Source: Verrucomicrobiota bacterium
GTDB taxonomy: Bacteria; Verrucomicrobiota; Verrucomicrobiia; Opitutales; Seribacteraceae
Reading direction: 5' to 3'
Length of the DNA stretch: 57,893 nt
NCBI GenBank assembly: GCA_027622665.1
Contig: JAQBYT010000023.1
Span: 1 to 57,893, forward strand
The notes beneath the pieces are model-generated. The model searched no databases and was not told where the DNA came from. It saw nothing but the letters and a program-made list of their open reading frames with translations. Below, piece after piece: positions 45,617 to 54,504 of this stretch. The translations under genes and the position numbers were made by a program. Within the stretch, counting starts at the first letter, position 1. Each line of letters starts with the position of its first letter.

Positions 45617-46749
45617 AACACGGAAAATCCGTGGCAGCGCAGCGCCGCGACTTCCTCTCCGTTCAGGAGCAACACCAGCCTGTGCTTGTCGTTGTGTTCC
45701 TTCGCGGCGGCGCCGATGGCCTGACCCTTGCTCCACCCCATGGCGATGACGCCTATCACCGGGCGCGACCGACTCTGGCTGTATCACGGGCCGATTTGCA
45801 CGACTTGGACGGCTATATCGGGCTGAACAAGTCGATGGCCGGATTGATGCCGTTGTGGGAGAATGGACATCTTGCGCTTCATCATGGCGTAGGTTCCGCG
45901 GACGAGACACGTTCCCATTTCGCGGCTCAGGATCTAATGGAACATGGCGGCCGGATCGCCGGTGGTTGGCTTGCCCGTTTCCTTCGTTCCGGTTCCCGGC
46001 AGATCGGGCCACTGTCTTCGGTGGCGATTGGAACCACGATGCCGGAATCACTGAGGGGAGCTCCCGGAGGTGTTGTTGTTCAGTCGGTCCAGGAATTTAC
46101 AGTCGGTTCGGACGAAGTACAATCGATTGGTCGACTCAGGAAGCTCTATGAGGTGGCTGAAGGACCGCTGGGCGAGGCGGGTCGAAGCACGCTGGATGCG
46201 ATCAGTCGGTTGCGCCGTTTACGTTCGGAACCTGGCCCTGCCGCGCCCGAACCGTATCCCGATAGCCAACTCGGCCGTGGCATGCGAGAGATCTCTAGGC
46301 TGATCCATGCGGAGGTTGGTTTGGTTGCCTCGACGATTGACGCGGTGGGAAGTGGACTTGGTTGGGATACCCATTTCATCCAGTCTCAGACGATCGGGGA
46401 CCTGATGGAGGATCTCGCAGGCAGCATCCGTTCATTTGTCGCCGATCTCGGGGCGCATGCCGACCGCACGAGGATTGTCGTCATGACCGAGTTCGGCCGC
46501 CGCGTGTCCGAGAACTCGAGCTTCGGCACGGATCACGGCAGCGGCTCACTCATGTTGACTGTGGGGAAAGAGCTGCCCGGTGGCGCAGGCATATTCAAGC
46601 ACTTCGAAGGTCTGTCTTCCGACAACCTGCTCGGCCCGGGTGACGTGCCAGTCGGAAAGGACTACCGCCATGTGCTTTCGGATCTGCTTGAAACGGTTGA
46701 CTCGGGCTATGAAGTGGAGAGAGTGTTCCCTAGTTTGACACAAGCATAG
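45607..46749 (+). CDS. DUF1501 protein of the DUF1800-associated type, copy 5
   Basis: LVVVFLRGGADGL, Y.RARPT.A, TRSHF.AQ, GWDTH, MTEFGRRV.EN...GTDHG.G. Confidence 0.9.
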   Translation: MALKHGKSVAAQRRDFLSVQEQHQPVLVVVFLRGGADGLTLAPPHGDDAYHRARPTLAVSRADLHDLDGYIGLNKSMAGLMPLWENGHLALHHGVGSADETRSHFAAQDLMEHGGRIAGGWLARFLRSGSRQIGPLSSVAIGTTMPESLRGAPGGVVVQSVQEFTVGSDEVQSIGRLRKLYEVAEGPLGEAGRSTLDAISRLRRLRSEPGPAAPEPYPDSQLGRGMREISRLIHAEVGLVASTIDAVGSGLGWDTHFIQSQTIGDLMEDLAGSIRSFVADLGAHADRTRIVVMTEFGRRVSENSSFGTDHGSGSLMLTVGKELPGGAGIFKHFEGLSSDNLLGPGDVPVGKDYRHVLSDLLETVDSGYEVERVFPSLTQA

Positions 46750-46783
46750 AGCTTGCTTGAAACTGAAACTTATCACTCTCTTC

Positions 46784-47890
46784 ATGAATCCGGTAAAGAC
46801 TGCGGAAATCAGTAATTTGGAGGCGATCCCGTCGCCTGCGTTGTTGGTTTTTCCGGAACGAGTAGAGGCAAACGTTGATCGAATGCTGGACATGGTGGGC
46901 GGGGATGTTTTGCGTCTGCGCCCGCACGTCAAGACGCACAAGATGGCGGAGGTGGTCCGGTTGCAGGTTGCCAAGGGGGTCACTCAATTCAAGTGCGCCA
47001 CCATTGCCGAGGCCGAGATGACGGCGATGTCGGGCGGATGCGACGTATTGCTGGCCCACCAGCCCGTTGGCCCAAACCTTTCCCGGTTCCTGCAGTTGCA
47101 GGAGCTTTTCCCGGAAGTTGCTTTCTCCGCCACTGTCGATTCATCGGAGGTGGTGGATGCCTTCGAGCGAACGGGCCAGTCGGCAAGCTTGTTCGTGGAC
47201 GTCGATTGCGGGATGCACCGCACTGGGATCGAGCCGGGCGATGCAGCTTTGGCCTTGTGTCGGCGGATAGCTTCCGCAGAAAACTTGGAGTTCGCGGGTT
47301 TACATGCTTACGACGGGCACTTGCACCAACCCGATCCAGCCGAAAGGAAAGAGGCCCATGTCACCGCCATCGAGTCGTGGGCTGGCTTGCTGGATGCCTT
47401 GGAGGATCAGAACCTTGCTCCTTCCACCATCGTAGTCGGCGGAAGTCCCACCTTTGGGCTCTTCGCTCAAATGGATAACTGGCAATGCAGCCCGGGCACT
47501 ACGCTTTTTTGGGATGCGGGTTATGGTCGTGCGTTTCCGGACTTGGAGTTCGAGTGCGCTGCCATGTTACTTACCCGCGTCATCAGCAAGCCCGCTGGCC
47601 GACTCTGCCTGGACTTGGGACACAAGGCGGTCGCCGCGGAGAAGCCGATCGGGAACCGTGCATGGTTTCCCGACCTCCCAGAGGCAAAACCCTTTCTGCA
47701 GAGCGAGGAGCATTTTGTTTTGGATGCCCCCAATGCGGGAGACTTCGCCGTCGGTGATGCCCTATTGGCCGTGCCTTGGCACATTTGCCCGACCGTAGCT
47801 CTGCATGGCCACGCCAACTTGGTCCGCGATGGGCGGGTAACTACCGAGACATGGGAGGTCGTGGCCCGCAAGCGTTCCCTCACGATCTAG
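46784..47890 (+). CDS. D-threonine aldolase / DSD1-family PLP-dependent enzyme
   Basis: LRPHVKTHK, KCATIAEAE, D.DCGMHRTG, GLHAYDGH, RVISKP, DLGHKA, SEEH, HICPTV. Confidence 0.9.
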   Translation: MNPVKTAEISNLEAIPSPALLVFPERVEANVDRMLDMVGGDVLRLRPHVKTHKMAEVVRLQVAKGVTQFKCATIAEAEMTAMSGGCDVLLAHQPVGPNLSRFLQLQELFPEVAFSATVDSSEVVDAFERTGQSASLFVDVDCGMHRTGIEPGDAALALCRRIASAENLEFAGLHAYDGHLHQPDPAERKEAHVTAIESWAGLLDALEDQNLAPSTIVVGGSPTFGLFAQMDNWQCSPGTTLFWDAGYGRAFPDLEFECAAMLLTRVISKPAGRLCLDLGHKAVAAEKPIGNRAWFPDLPEAKPFLQSEEHFVLDAPNAGDFAVGDALLAVPWHICPTVALHGHANLVRDGRVTTETWEVVARKRSLTI

Positions 47891-47892
47891 GC

Positions 47893-48105
47893 TACGGCTA
47901 CCAAGTCGGTACGAGGATCGGCAGAGAAAAGGTTCTTACGGAAGGCGATTACGACTTCCTAGCGGTCAAGATACCCAATCACGACACTTGGTACTTGGTT
48001 CCTCAGCAGGAACTGTTGGCCACGGCCACGGCCAGGTTCTATCCGCACAACTCGAAGAGCAGCGGAAGATTTGAAAAGTATCGGAACGCCTTCGGGCTGC
48101 TTTAG
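47893..48105 (+). pseudogene. C-terminal remnant of a PD-(D/E)XK endonuclease (group I intron-associated type)
   Basis: DYDFLAV.IP..DTWYLVP.......FYP......FEKYRNAF.LL; no N-terminus or start codon. Confidence 0.55.
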
Positions 48106-48299
48106 TCTCTGACTCTTTCGCCGTCCTTGTAGGTGAAGCGAAAGTCTTCCGTCCCGTCCTCGTTGTAGAAAACCACAACCCCATTCCCGTCCTTCAAGTT
48201 GGTCACGGGACACTTCTCGCCATTCGGTTTCCGAGTAACGTCAGTCACGAGCTTGCCGTCCTTCCAGTTTACTTCCGACTGCTTCTACCCGTTCTCGTA
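48102..48299 (-). pseudogene. MORN-variant / YwqK-like repeat protein remnant
   Basis: Translates YENG*KQSEVNWKDGKLVTDVTRKPNGEKCPVTNLKDGNGVVVFYNEDGTEDFRFTYKDGERVRD*; internal TAG at 48287-48285. Confidence 0.75.
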
Positions 48300-48387
48300 C
48301 AAGTCTTTACCGACATCAGGTGGTTCCTTCAGGAGATCAAGCAAAGAATGCCCCCGCTGGATAAGGAAGAAGCTGAGAACGGAGACC

Positions 48388-48912
48388 AACCCTCCTCAAC
48401 CTTCCCGACGGCCAATTCGGTCAATTGTTGAAAGGATTGACACACACTCCCCACACACCCCCGGAGTGTGTAGGATGAAGTAACTTCAGCGTTGTAGCTA
48501 TAGCGATAGGCAGGGAACTCTCAAGGAGTCCCTACCGACGCTCTTGACTGTCTTGGGTGGTGTGGTATGGTTGGAACGCATGGACCCAGACGAGCAACTC
48601 TGCGAAGCCGCCGCCAAGGAACTGGCGTCGTCTCCTCGCACGGGACTTCTGGCCGAGTGCATGGCGAAGTGTGGCAATGACGAGAAAAAAGCCAAGGCTA
48701 TGTATCTTGAGGTTCGCGTCAGGGAGATGAAGGCAATCCAAGCATGGTGGCGAATTTCAACAAGCTAATGGACTAACCCTCCTCAACCTCGCCCCCAATA
48801 GACCCTCACTCTGTCGGCGTAAGACTGATCACCTGCTTTCACCTGCGACGATGGTCTAACCTCGTCTCGGCATTCACGACCCCCAAATCTGCCGTTGGTT
48901 GATAGGATTGAC
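48388..48912 (+). repeat. two pairs of short direct repeats around a small ORF
   Basis: AACCCTCCTCAACCT at 48388 and 48775; GTTGA(A/T)AGGATTGAC at 48427 and 48898. Confidence 0.7.
48580..48768 (+). CDS. small hypothetical protein, possibly truncated
   Basis: E.L.E...KEL......GL.A..MA....DE.KAKA.Y...RV motif; TTGACT-N16-TATGGT 8 nt upstream of the ATG. Confidence 0.5.
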   Translation: MDPDEQLCEAAAKELASSPRTGLLAECMAKCGNDEKKAKAMYLEVRVREMKAIQAWWRISTS

Positions 48913-49032
48913 GTCGGATAAGCCTTCCCGAACTCAAAGGCTCAAAAGGTGCTTGGGCATTAAAAAGTAATAGGATATAAGACTTTCAGACCAACGAGTC
49001 CTTACTCAAAGGGTTAAGCCAATCCGAGGTCT

Positions 49033-49064
49033 AAGCCCTGCAGGTTTTCCTGTAGGGCTTTTTT
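49033..49064 (+). terminator. rho-independent terminator with no intact upstream gene
   Basis: AAGCCCTGCAGG-TTTT-CCTGTAGGGCTT followed by TTTT. Confidence 0.75.
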
Positions 49065-49315
49065 GTGCCATCATCGCCAGGTATCATAGGCTCATGCAAT
49101 AGCCCTCTTGACCAGTTCCTTGTTGTACCCTCAAGCGATTGATCAAGTGCCATCTTAATAAACTCATCATCCACCCCACAGTCAGTAAACGTATGACCGA
49201 CAGGGTGCTTCGAGTCTTGTCCGATGATTAAACCCTGCCAGCAGTTCGCAAAAAAAAAACAGCGCTCCGCTCGGCTCCGATCGCTCCTCGCGCAGGCATT
49301 CTTACGGACGCCGAT

Positions 49316-49528
49316 TTGGCGAGTTCCTTTCTGGAACGAGTCGAAGAGCAACCCGAAGAGAAGCCTTCCGAGACCGAGGCGACCGAAGAACAGCCTTCCG
49401 AGACTGTTGGCGCAGAAGCGGAGGAGGATAGCGAAGGCAACGTTCTTGCACAGTCTGAACAGTCCGAGGAAACCGAGACTATGGAAGAGGAAGCCGCCGT
49501 AGGCGGTTGTCGTGACTCGGGCCAATGA
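49316..49528 (+). pseudogene. acidic low-complexity gene fragment
   Basis: EEQPEEKPSETEATEEQPSETV; Glu-rich with a repeated CCTTCCGAGAC; no convincing start. Confidence 0.35.
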
Positions 49529-49583
49529 TGGAATGCCAATCTTGTCCATTGACGAGGCAATTGGAGGGTATCACCTTTGATTC

Positions 49584-52500
49584 ATGAATGTTTCCTTTTT
49601 TCGCTGTTTCGCCGGTGTAGGCCTTTTTGTTTTAGGTTCCGTTTTTCTGAAGAGCGCCGAACCGCTCACCGTCGGGGGAGTTCACGAGGGGCTCGTTGTT
49701 CGGATCGGGGCTACTGAAACGGACGTGGTGGCTCGTCTGAGTCGGACGGGGCGTTACCTCGTTCACGTGCTCGGCGAGAATGCCGTGGCCACGGAGAAGG
49801 CCCGAAAATTACTTAGGCGCAACGGCGTTTACGGGTTGGCCTTTGCCGAAGAACTGGCTGATCCCCGTCATCTTCCCTATGCGGAAAACATGGTGAACGC
49901 GGTCATGCTCCAATCCATCGGAGAGGTGCCCTTGTCGGAGGTGCATCGGATACTCACTCCCGGCGGCGTCTTGCTGGTTGCCCCCGGCGTTGGTCTCAAG
50001 GACGCGAATCTGAAGGTTGCCGGCTTCGACTTGGTCGGGCGGGCCAAGGATGGTTCTTTCCTCTGCCGCAAGCCTTGGCCGAAGAATATGGACGATTGGT
50101 CTCACCCGCGACATGCCGCCAACGGCAATGCCGTTTCCGGGGACACCGCAGTGGGGCCACCGGAGCGAGTTCGTTGGGTGGCCGCGGCGACTTCCGAGGT
50201 CGAGGGCTTGGTAACTGCTGGCGGCCGCAATTTCTATGGAGGCATCTTGGCTCGCGACAGCTTCAACGGCTTGAGACTGTGGCACCGGGATCTGCTGAAG
50301 AGCGAATTGAACGAGTCCTCATTTAAGCACCCGCGCCTGTCGTACAGTCGGGCTCGCCCAGTCGTCTCGGAGAAGTACGTATTCGCGGCGGGGAAGGGGA
50401 AGCTCGTTGCGCTCGACGCTGCCACGGGCGAGGTTGCTCAGGAGTATCCCGGCATTGGTGAACCTGACGAGGTGATCCATCATCGCGACGTCGTCATCGC
50501 CATCGACGAGAACCGGATTCGCGCCTTCAGCTCGAAGACAGCCAAGGAACTTTGGGAACGAGAATCAAGTGACCCGCGAAACCTGACGGCTGAAAACGAA
50601 ACGGTCTGCTTCATTCGCGGGCGTCCCAAGCGGGGCGAGCCTTCCGAAGCTATCGCCGTCGATCTTCAGACCGGCAAGGTGAAGTGGCAGGCTTCCCACT
50701 TTCCTTGGATGGACAAGGTGTATCGAACCGTGATGCACGGAGAGCACGTCGCCTTCGAGGTATCCACTTTGAATGACCACGATGCCGGAAACGGTATACA
50801 CGTTGTATCTGCGAAGACGGGTAAGCTGGCATGGGAAAAGGACTTTCCGCCCGGCATGAACCATGCCCGCCAAGCGCGCGCCATGTTTGCGGGGGATGAC
50901 ATTTGGATTCTGCACGGCGGAAAGAAAAATACCGCGACCAAGGAGGGAACCAAGCGAACTGCCATTCAAGTCTCTTCCCTGAACCCGGCCACTGGCGAGG
51001 TCGTGAAGACTTTTCCCGCAGGGCTTGCCCATTGTTTTCCCCCTGTGGCTACGCCTCGTTACGTTTTCGCGGGTGTGCTCGACATGACCGACATGAAAAC
51101 CGGCGACGTCGTGGCCAACCGCATCACCAAGGCGAACTGTTCCCGCGAAAACGGATGGGTGCCCGCCAATGGCCTGATCTACACCACGCCCAAGCACTGC
51201 ACCTGCTGGCCGATGCTGCGCGGGTACGTGGCGATGGCCCCGGCCTCGCCGACACGGGACAATATCGTGAAAAAGCCGATCGAGGAGATCGAGTTCGCCT
51301 TGTCCAAGGGCTCGGTATCGGCGGATCCCGCTGCTGCAAAGTCCGTGACTGAGGACTGGCCTTCCTATCGTGGTGACGGTTGGCGCAGCGGTAGTTCCGC
51401 CGGAGGCGGTCCCAAGAAGCTTGGGACGAAGTGGAGCGCGAAGGTAGCGACCCCCTCCAAGCTCCCGGATGGTCCCATTCTTCATGACTGGCGCGAAAAT
51501 CCTTTTGTGAAGGGACCCGTAAGCCCGCCCACCATTTCCGGCGGTCGGGTCTTCGTGACTCGACCCGACGCCCACGAAGTCGTGGCCATGCAGTCCGTGG
51601 ACGGCAAAGTGTCTTGGCGTTTCACCGCCCGAGGAAGGGTCGATACTCCGCCGACCATCCATAGCGGTCTCGCTCTCTTCGGTTGCCATGCCGGATACGT
51701 TTACGCTTTGCGTGTTGATACCGGTGAAATGGTTTGGGAGTTTCAGGCCGCCCCGATCGACGAGCGTATCGTTGCCTACGGGCAGGTGGAAAGTCCGTGG
51801 CCGGTGCCGGGCGCCGTCCTTGTCATCGATACCACGGTCTATTTCGTGGCTGGTCGCCAGCAACTGGCCGACGGTGGGGTTCTCGTTTTCGCTCTCGATG
51901 CTTTGACTGGCGAAAAACATTGGGTTCACCGCCTCGACCACATTCCTCAAACAGCCGACTCAACGGGAAAAAACCCCTTCAAGGGTTTCTATGAGAACTC
52001 GGGTCTCGAGTTCGATCCCATTGATATTCTCCATCAGGAAGGGGACGGAATCGCCATGTCGCGCTGGATATTCTCTCCCGATGGCAAGACTGTGTCGGTG
52101 GACAAGTGGAATGCCTTCGCCAAGCTGGACACCGGTAACGGAGCAGTGTGGGTGCCTCGCGGTTCATGGAATTACGGGGCCCGCCATCAGGATCGCTTCC
52201 CGGGCGAAGCCCCGAGACGTCCGCTGGTGGTGTTTCGCGATGGCGAGGTGTACGGGCAGCTCAATGCAAGCACCGACGTGTTCCGAAGAGATTTCGATGC
52301 CGATGCGGTTAAAAACTTTAACGGCAAGTGGATCACGGGTTGGCAAGCTTCTCGGGAGGGTAGAAAGGGAGCGAAACCATTCCGCACCTATCGTGTGGCG
52401 GAGGGAGCCCAATGGACCGTCGACGCCTTCACCCCACCCGAGAAAAAGGCCACGCCCTTCAAGAAAGGAACTCAACTATCCAACGACGTTCACGCCATGG

Positions 52501-52688
52501 CGCTGTCCGGGAACGGGCGTCTCTATGCGGTGCATAAGGACGGGTGCATGAAAGTTTTCGATACTGCGGACGGAAGCGTCTTAGCCGAACGCCAAGTGCC
52601 TTCTCCCGTCTGGGATGGTCTCGCTATCGCCGAGGGGAACCTTTTCCTTTCGACCCGTTCGGGCGAACTGCTATGCCTCGGGCAATAA
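49584..52688 (+). CDS. PQQ-binding-like beta-propeller protein (PVC type) with a degenerate methyltransferase-like N-domain
   Basis: LPYAENMVN, R.LTPGG, DDWSHPRH..GNAVS.D, ARDSFNG..LW, HCFP, NCSRENGWVPANGL, CTC, DWPSYRGD..RSG, ES.WPV.G. Confidence 0.88.
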   Translation: MNVSFFRCFAGVGLFVLGSVFLKSAEPLTVGGVHEGLVVRIGATETDVVARLSRTGRYLVHVLGENAVATEKARKLLRRNGVYGLAFAEELADPRHLPYAENMVNAVMLQSIGEVPLSEVHRILTPGGVLLVAPGVGLKDANLKVAGFDLVGRAKDGSFLCRKPWPKNMDDWSHPRHAANGNAVSGDTAVGPPERVRWVAAATSEVEGLVTAGGRNFYGGILARDSFNGLRLWHRDLLKSELNESSFKHPRLSYSRARPVVSEKYVFAAGKGKLVALDAATGEVAQEYPGIGEPDEVIHHRDVVIAIDENRIRAFSSKTAKELWERESSDPRNLTAENETVCFIRGRPKRGEPSEAIAVDLQTGKVKWQASHFPWMDKVYRTVMHGEHVAFEVSTLNDHDAGNGIHVVSAKTGKLAWEKDFPPGMNHARQARAMFAGDDIWILHGGKKNTATKEGTKRTAIQVSSLNPATGEVVKTFPAGLAHCFPPVATPRYVFAGVLDMTDMKTGDVVANRITKANCSRENGWVPANGLIYTTPKHCTCWPMLRGYVAMAPASPTRDNIVKKPIEEIEFALSKGSVSADPAAAKSVTEDWPSYRGDGWRSGSSAGGGPKKLGTKWSAKVATPSKLPDGPILHDWRENPFVKGPVSPPTISGGRVFVTRPDAHEVVAMQSVDGKVSWRFTARGRVDTPPTIHSGLALFGCHAGYVYALRVDTGEMVWEFQAAPIDERIVAYGQVESPWPVPGAVLVIDTTVYFVAGRQQLADGGVLVFALDALTGEKHWVHRLDHIPQTADSTGKNPFKGFYENSGLEFDPIDILHQEGDGIAMSRWIFSPDGKTVSVDKWNAFAKLDTGNGAVWVPRGSWNYGARHQDRFPGEAPRRPLVVFRDGEVYGQLNASTDVFRRDFDADAVKNFNGKWITGWQASREGRKGAKPFRTYRVAEGAQWTVDAFTPPEKKATPFKKGTQLSNDVHAMALSGNGRLYAVHKDGCMKVFDTADGSVLAERQVPSPVWDGLAIAEGNLFLSTRSGELLCLGQ

Positions 52689-52787
52689 CCAATGTTTGAG
52701 CTCCGGACCAAGGTCTAGAAACTGTTTGCCTCCATCCGTCTACAAACGACAATGGCTGCATTTTAACACTCAACCGGAGACACTGAT

Positions 52788-54482
52788 TTGTCACAACCAC
52801 TCAATTGGAACAGTAAACGGCTGACCCGAGGTTGGCAGCAGGGGGTGAACGCCTTCTATTACGGCCTTGGGTTCAGCGATACCGACTTGGATCGTCCGCA
52901 GGTTGGCATCGGCACTCCTCTGCTGGAGGGGAATCTGTGCAACCTTCATGCTTACGAGCTTGCTCGAAAGATAGCGGATGGATGCCAAGCGGCCGGTCTT
53001 GTCGGCTTTCCTTTTGGCACTCCCGGGGTAAGCGACAATATTTCGCAAGGTCACGAAGGGGGAAACGGTAGTCTGCCCTCCCGCAACTTGATCGCCAATT
53101 CCGCCGAGTGTGTGGTCACGGCTCACGGTTACGACGCTTTGGTCGGCCTTCACCATTGCGACAAGAACGGACCCGGTTTCGCCATGGCCTTGGCTCGTAC
53201 GAATTATCCCGGCCTGATCGTTTCCGGGGGGAGCATCAAGCCGGGTTGCCACGATGGTCGCGACATCACCATCCTCGACGTCTACGACTCGCAGGCCTCG
53301 GCCAGTGTGGGAGCCATCACAAAGGAAGAGGCGAACCAGATCCTTCGGAAGGCATGTCCGGGTCCGGGTGGTTGCGGCATAGCCGCTTCCTTCAACACTT
53401 GGGGGATCGCCATGGAGGCCATTGGCCTGATGCCGCCTTTCAGTAGCTCGATTCCCGCGGAGGCTCCAGAAAAGCGTGAGGAATGCCTCGGAATAGGTCG
53501 ACTCGTGCACGGCATGCTAGCCAGTGGCTTGCGGCCCCGCGACGTCTTGACCAAGGATGCTTTTGCTAACGCAACCGTCGCTATCGCGGCAGCGGGTGGT
53601 TCGACTAATGGCGTTCTACATCTGCTCGCTCTGGCTCGGGAGGCCGAGGTCTCTTTTGACCTGTCGGACGTGCAGGGCATTTTTCGAGCGACCCCCGTAC
53701 TGGCCAATTTTGCTCCTCGAGGTAAGCGTACCATGGTCGATTTGCACAACTTGGGTGGCACGCCCGTGTTTCTGAAACTACTTCTCGATGCAGGCTTGCT
53801 GCATGGTGATTGCGTAACCGTGACCGGAAAAACGATGGCCGAGAACCTTTCAGGAGTGCCCGAGGCGCCGATCGATCAGGATCTTCTCGCCACCGTTGAC
53901 AAACCCTTCAAGGCCTATGCCGATATGCAGGTATGTTTCGGCAACGTCGCTCCGGGCGGTGTTGTGTTCAAGGTGTCGAGCATGGAGAAAACGACTTTTC
54001 AAGGCACAGCCCTTTGTTTTGATGACGCCCGCGAAGTCGCCAAGGCGGTCGAGGTCAATCGTATCAAGCCCGGGATGATAATCGTCCTACGATATCAAGG
54101 TCCGGTAGCCTGTGGTATGCCCGAGGTCTTGGTGGCGACTGCAGCTCTCGCCGTGCCCCAACTGGACGGCAAGGTGGCTTTTCTTTCGGACACTAGAGTG
54201 TCGGGGGTCTCGCATGGAGCCATCGGCGTGCATTGTGCTCCCGAAGCCGCCGTGGGCGGCCCCATCGCCTTGATCGAGGATGGGGACGAAATTTTCTTCG
54301 ATCTTTTGGCCGGCGAGATCACATTGCAGGTCAGCGACGAGGACTTGGCCAAGCGTCGTGATGGATGGACCGCCGCGACTCCCGGCTACGAGCGGCGAGG
54401 ATACTTGGCCGACTTCAGCGCCACTGTAGCCCAAGCCAATTACGGCTGCGTCAGTCGTGCTCATTACCCGGAGTGTGAGTAG
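52788..54482 (+). CDS. ilvD: dihydroxy-acid dehydratase (IlvD/Edd family)
   Basis: LCNLH, VSDNIS.GHEG..SLPSRNLIA, CDKN.PG, ACPGPGGCG, GGSTN.VLHLLA, RYQGP..GMPE, R.SG.SHG...H.APEA..GGPI. Confidence 0.88.
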   Translation: MSQPLNWNSKRLTRGWQQGVNAFYYGLGFSDTDLDRPQVGIGTPLLEGNLCNLHAYELARKIADGCQAAGLVGFPFGTPGVSDNISQGHEGGNGSLPSRNLIANSAECVVTAHGYDALVGLHHCDKNGPGFAMALARTNYPGLIVSGGSIKPGCHDGRDITILDVYDSQASASVGAITKEEANQILRKACPGPGGCGIAASFNTWGIAMEAIGLMPPFSSSIPAEAPEKREECLGIGRLVHGMLASGLRPRDVLTKDAFANATVAIAAAGGSTNGVLHLLALAREAEVSFDLSDVQGIFRATPVLANFAPRGKRTMVDLHNLGGTPVFLKLLLDAGLLHGDCVTVTGKTMAENLSGVPEAPIDQDLLATVDKPFKAYADMQVCFGNVAPGGVVFKVSSMEKTTFQGTALCFDDAREVAKAVEVNRIKPGMIIVLRYQGPVACGMPEVLVATAALAVPQLDGKVAFLSDTRVSGVSHGAIGVHCAPEAAVGGPIALIEDGDEIFFDLLAGEITLQVSDEDLAKRRDGWTAATPGYERRGYLADFSATVAQANYGCVSRAHYPECE

Positions 54483-54504
54483 TGATGTTGGCTAAATCTT
54501 TACT

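Noticed and set aside
48900..49035. tRNA or att-site remnant upstream of the orphan terminator
   Set aside because: No T-loop or cloverleaf is recognisable; the stretch reads better as the 3' end of a lost gene (DFQTNESLLKGLSQSEV*).
4318..51950. Other long antisense ORFs (4318-5460, 6142-7320, 50565-51950)
   Set aside because: Fully overlap well-supported genes and have no recognisable motifs.
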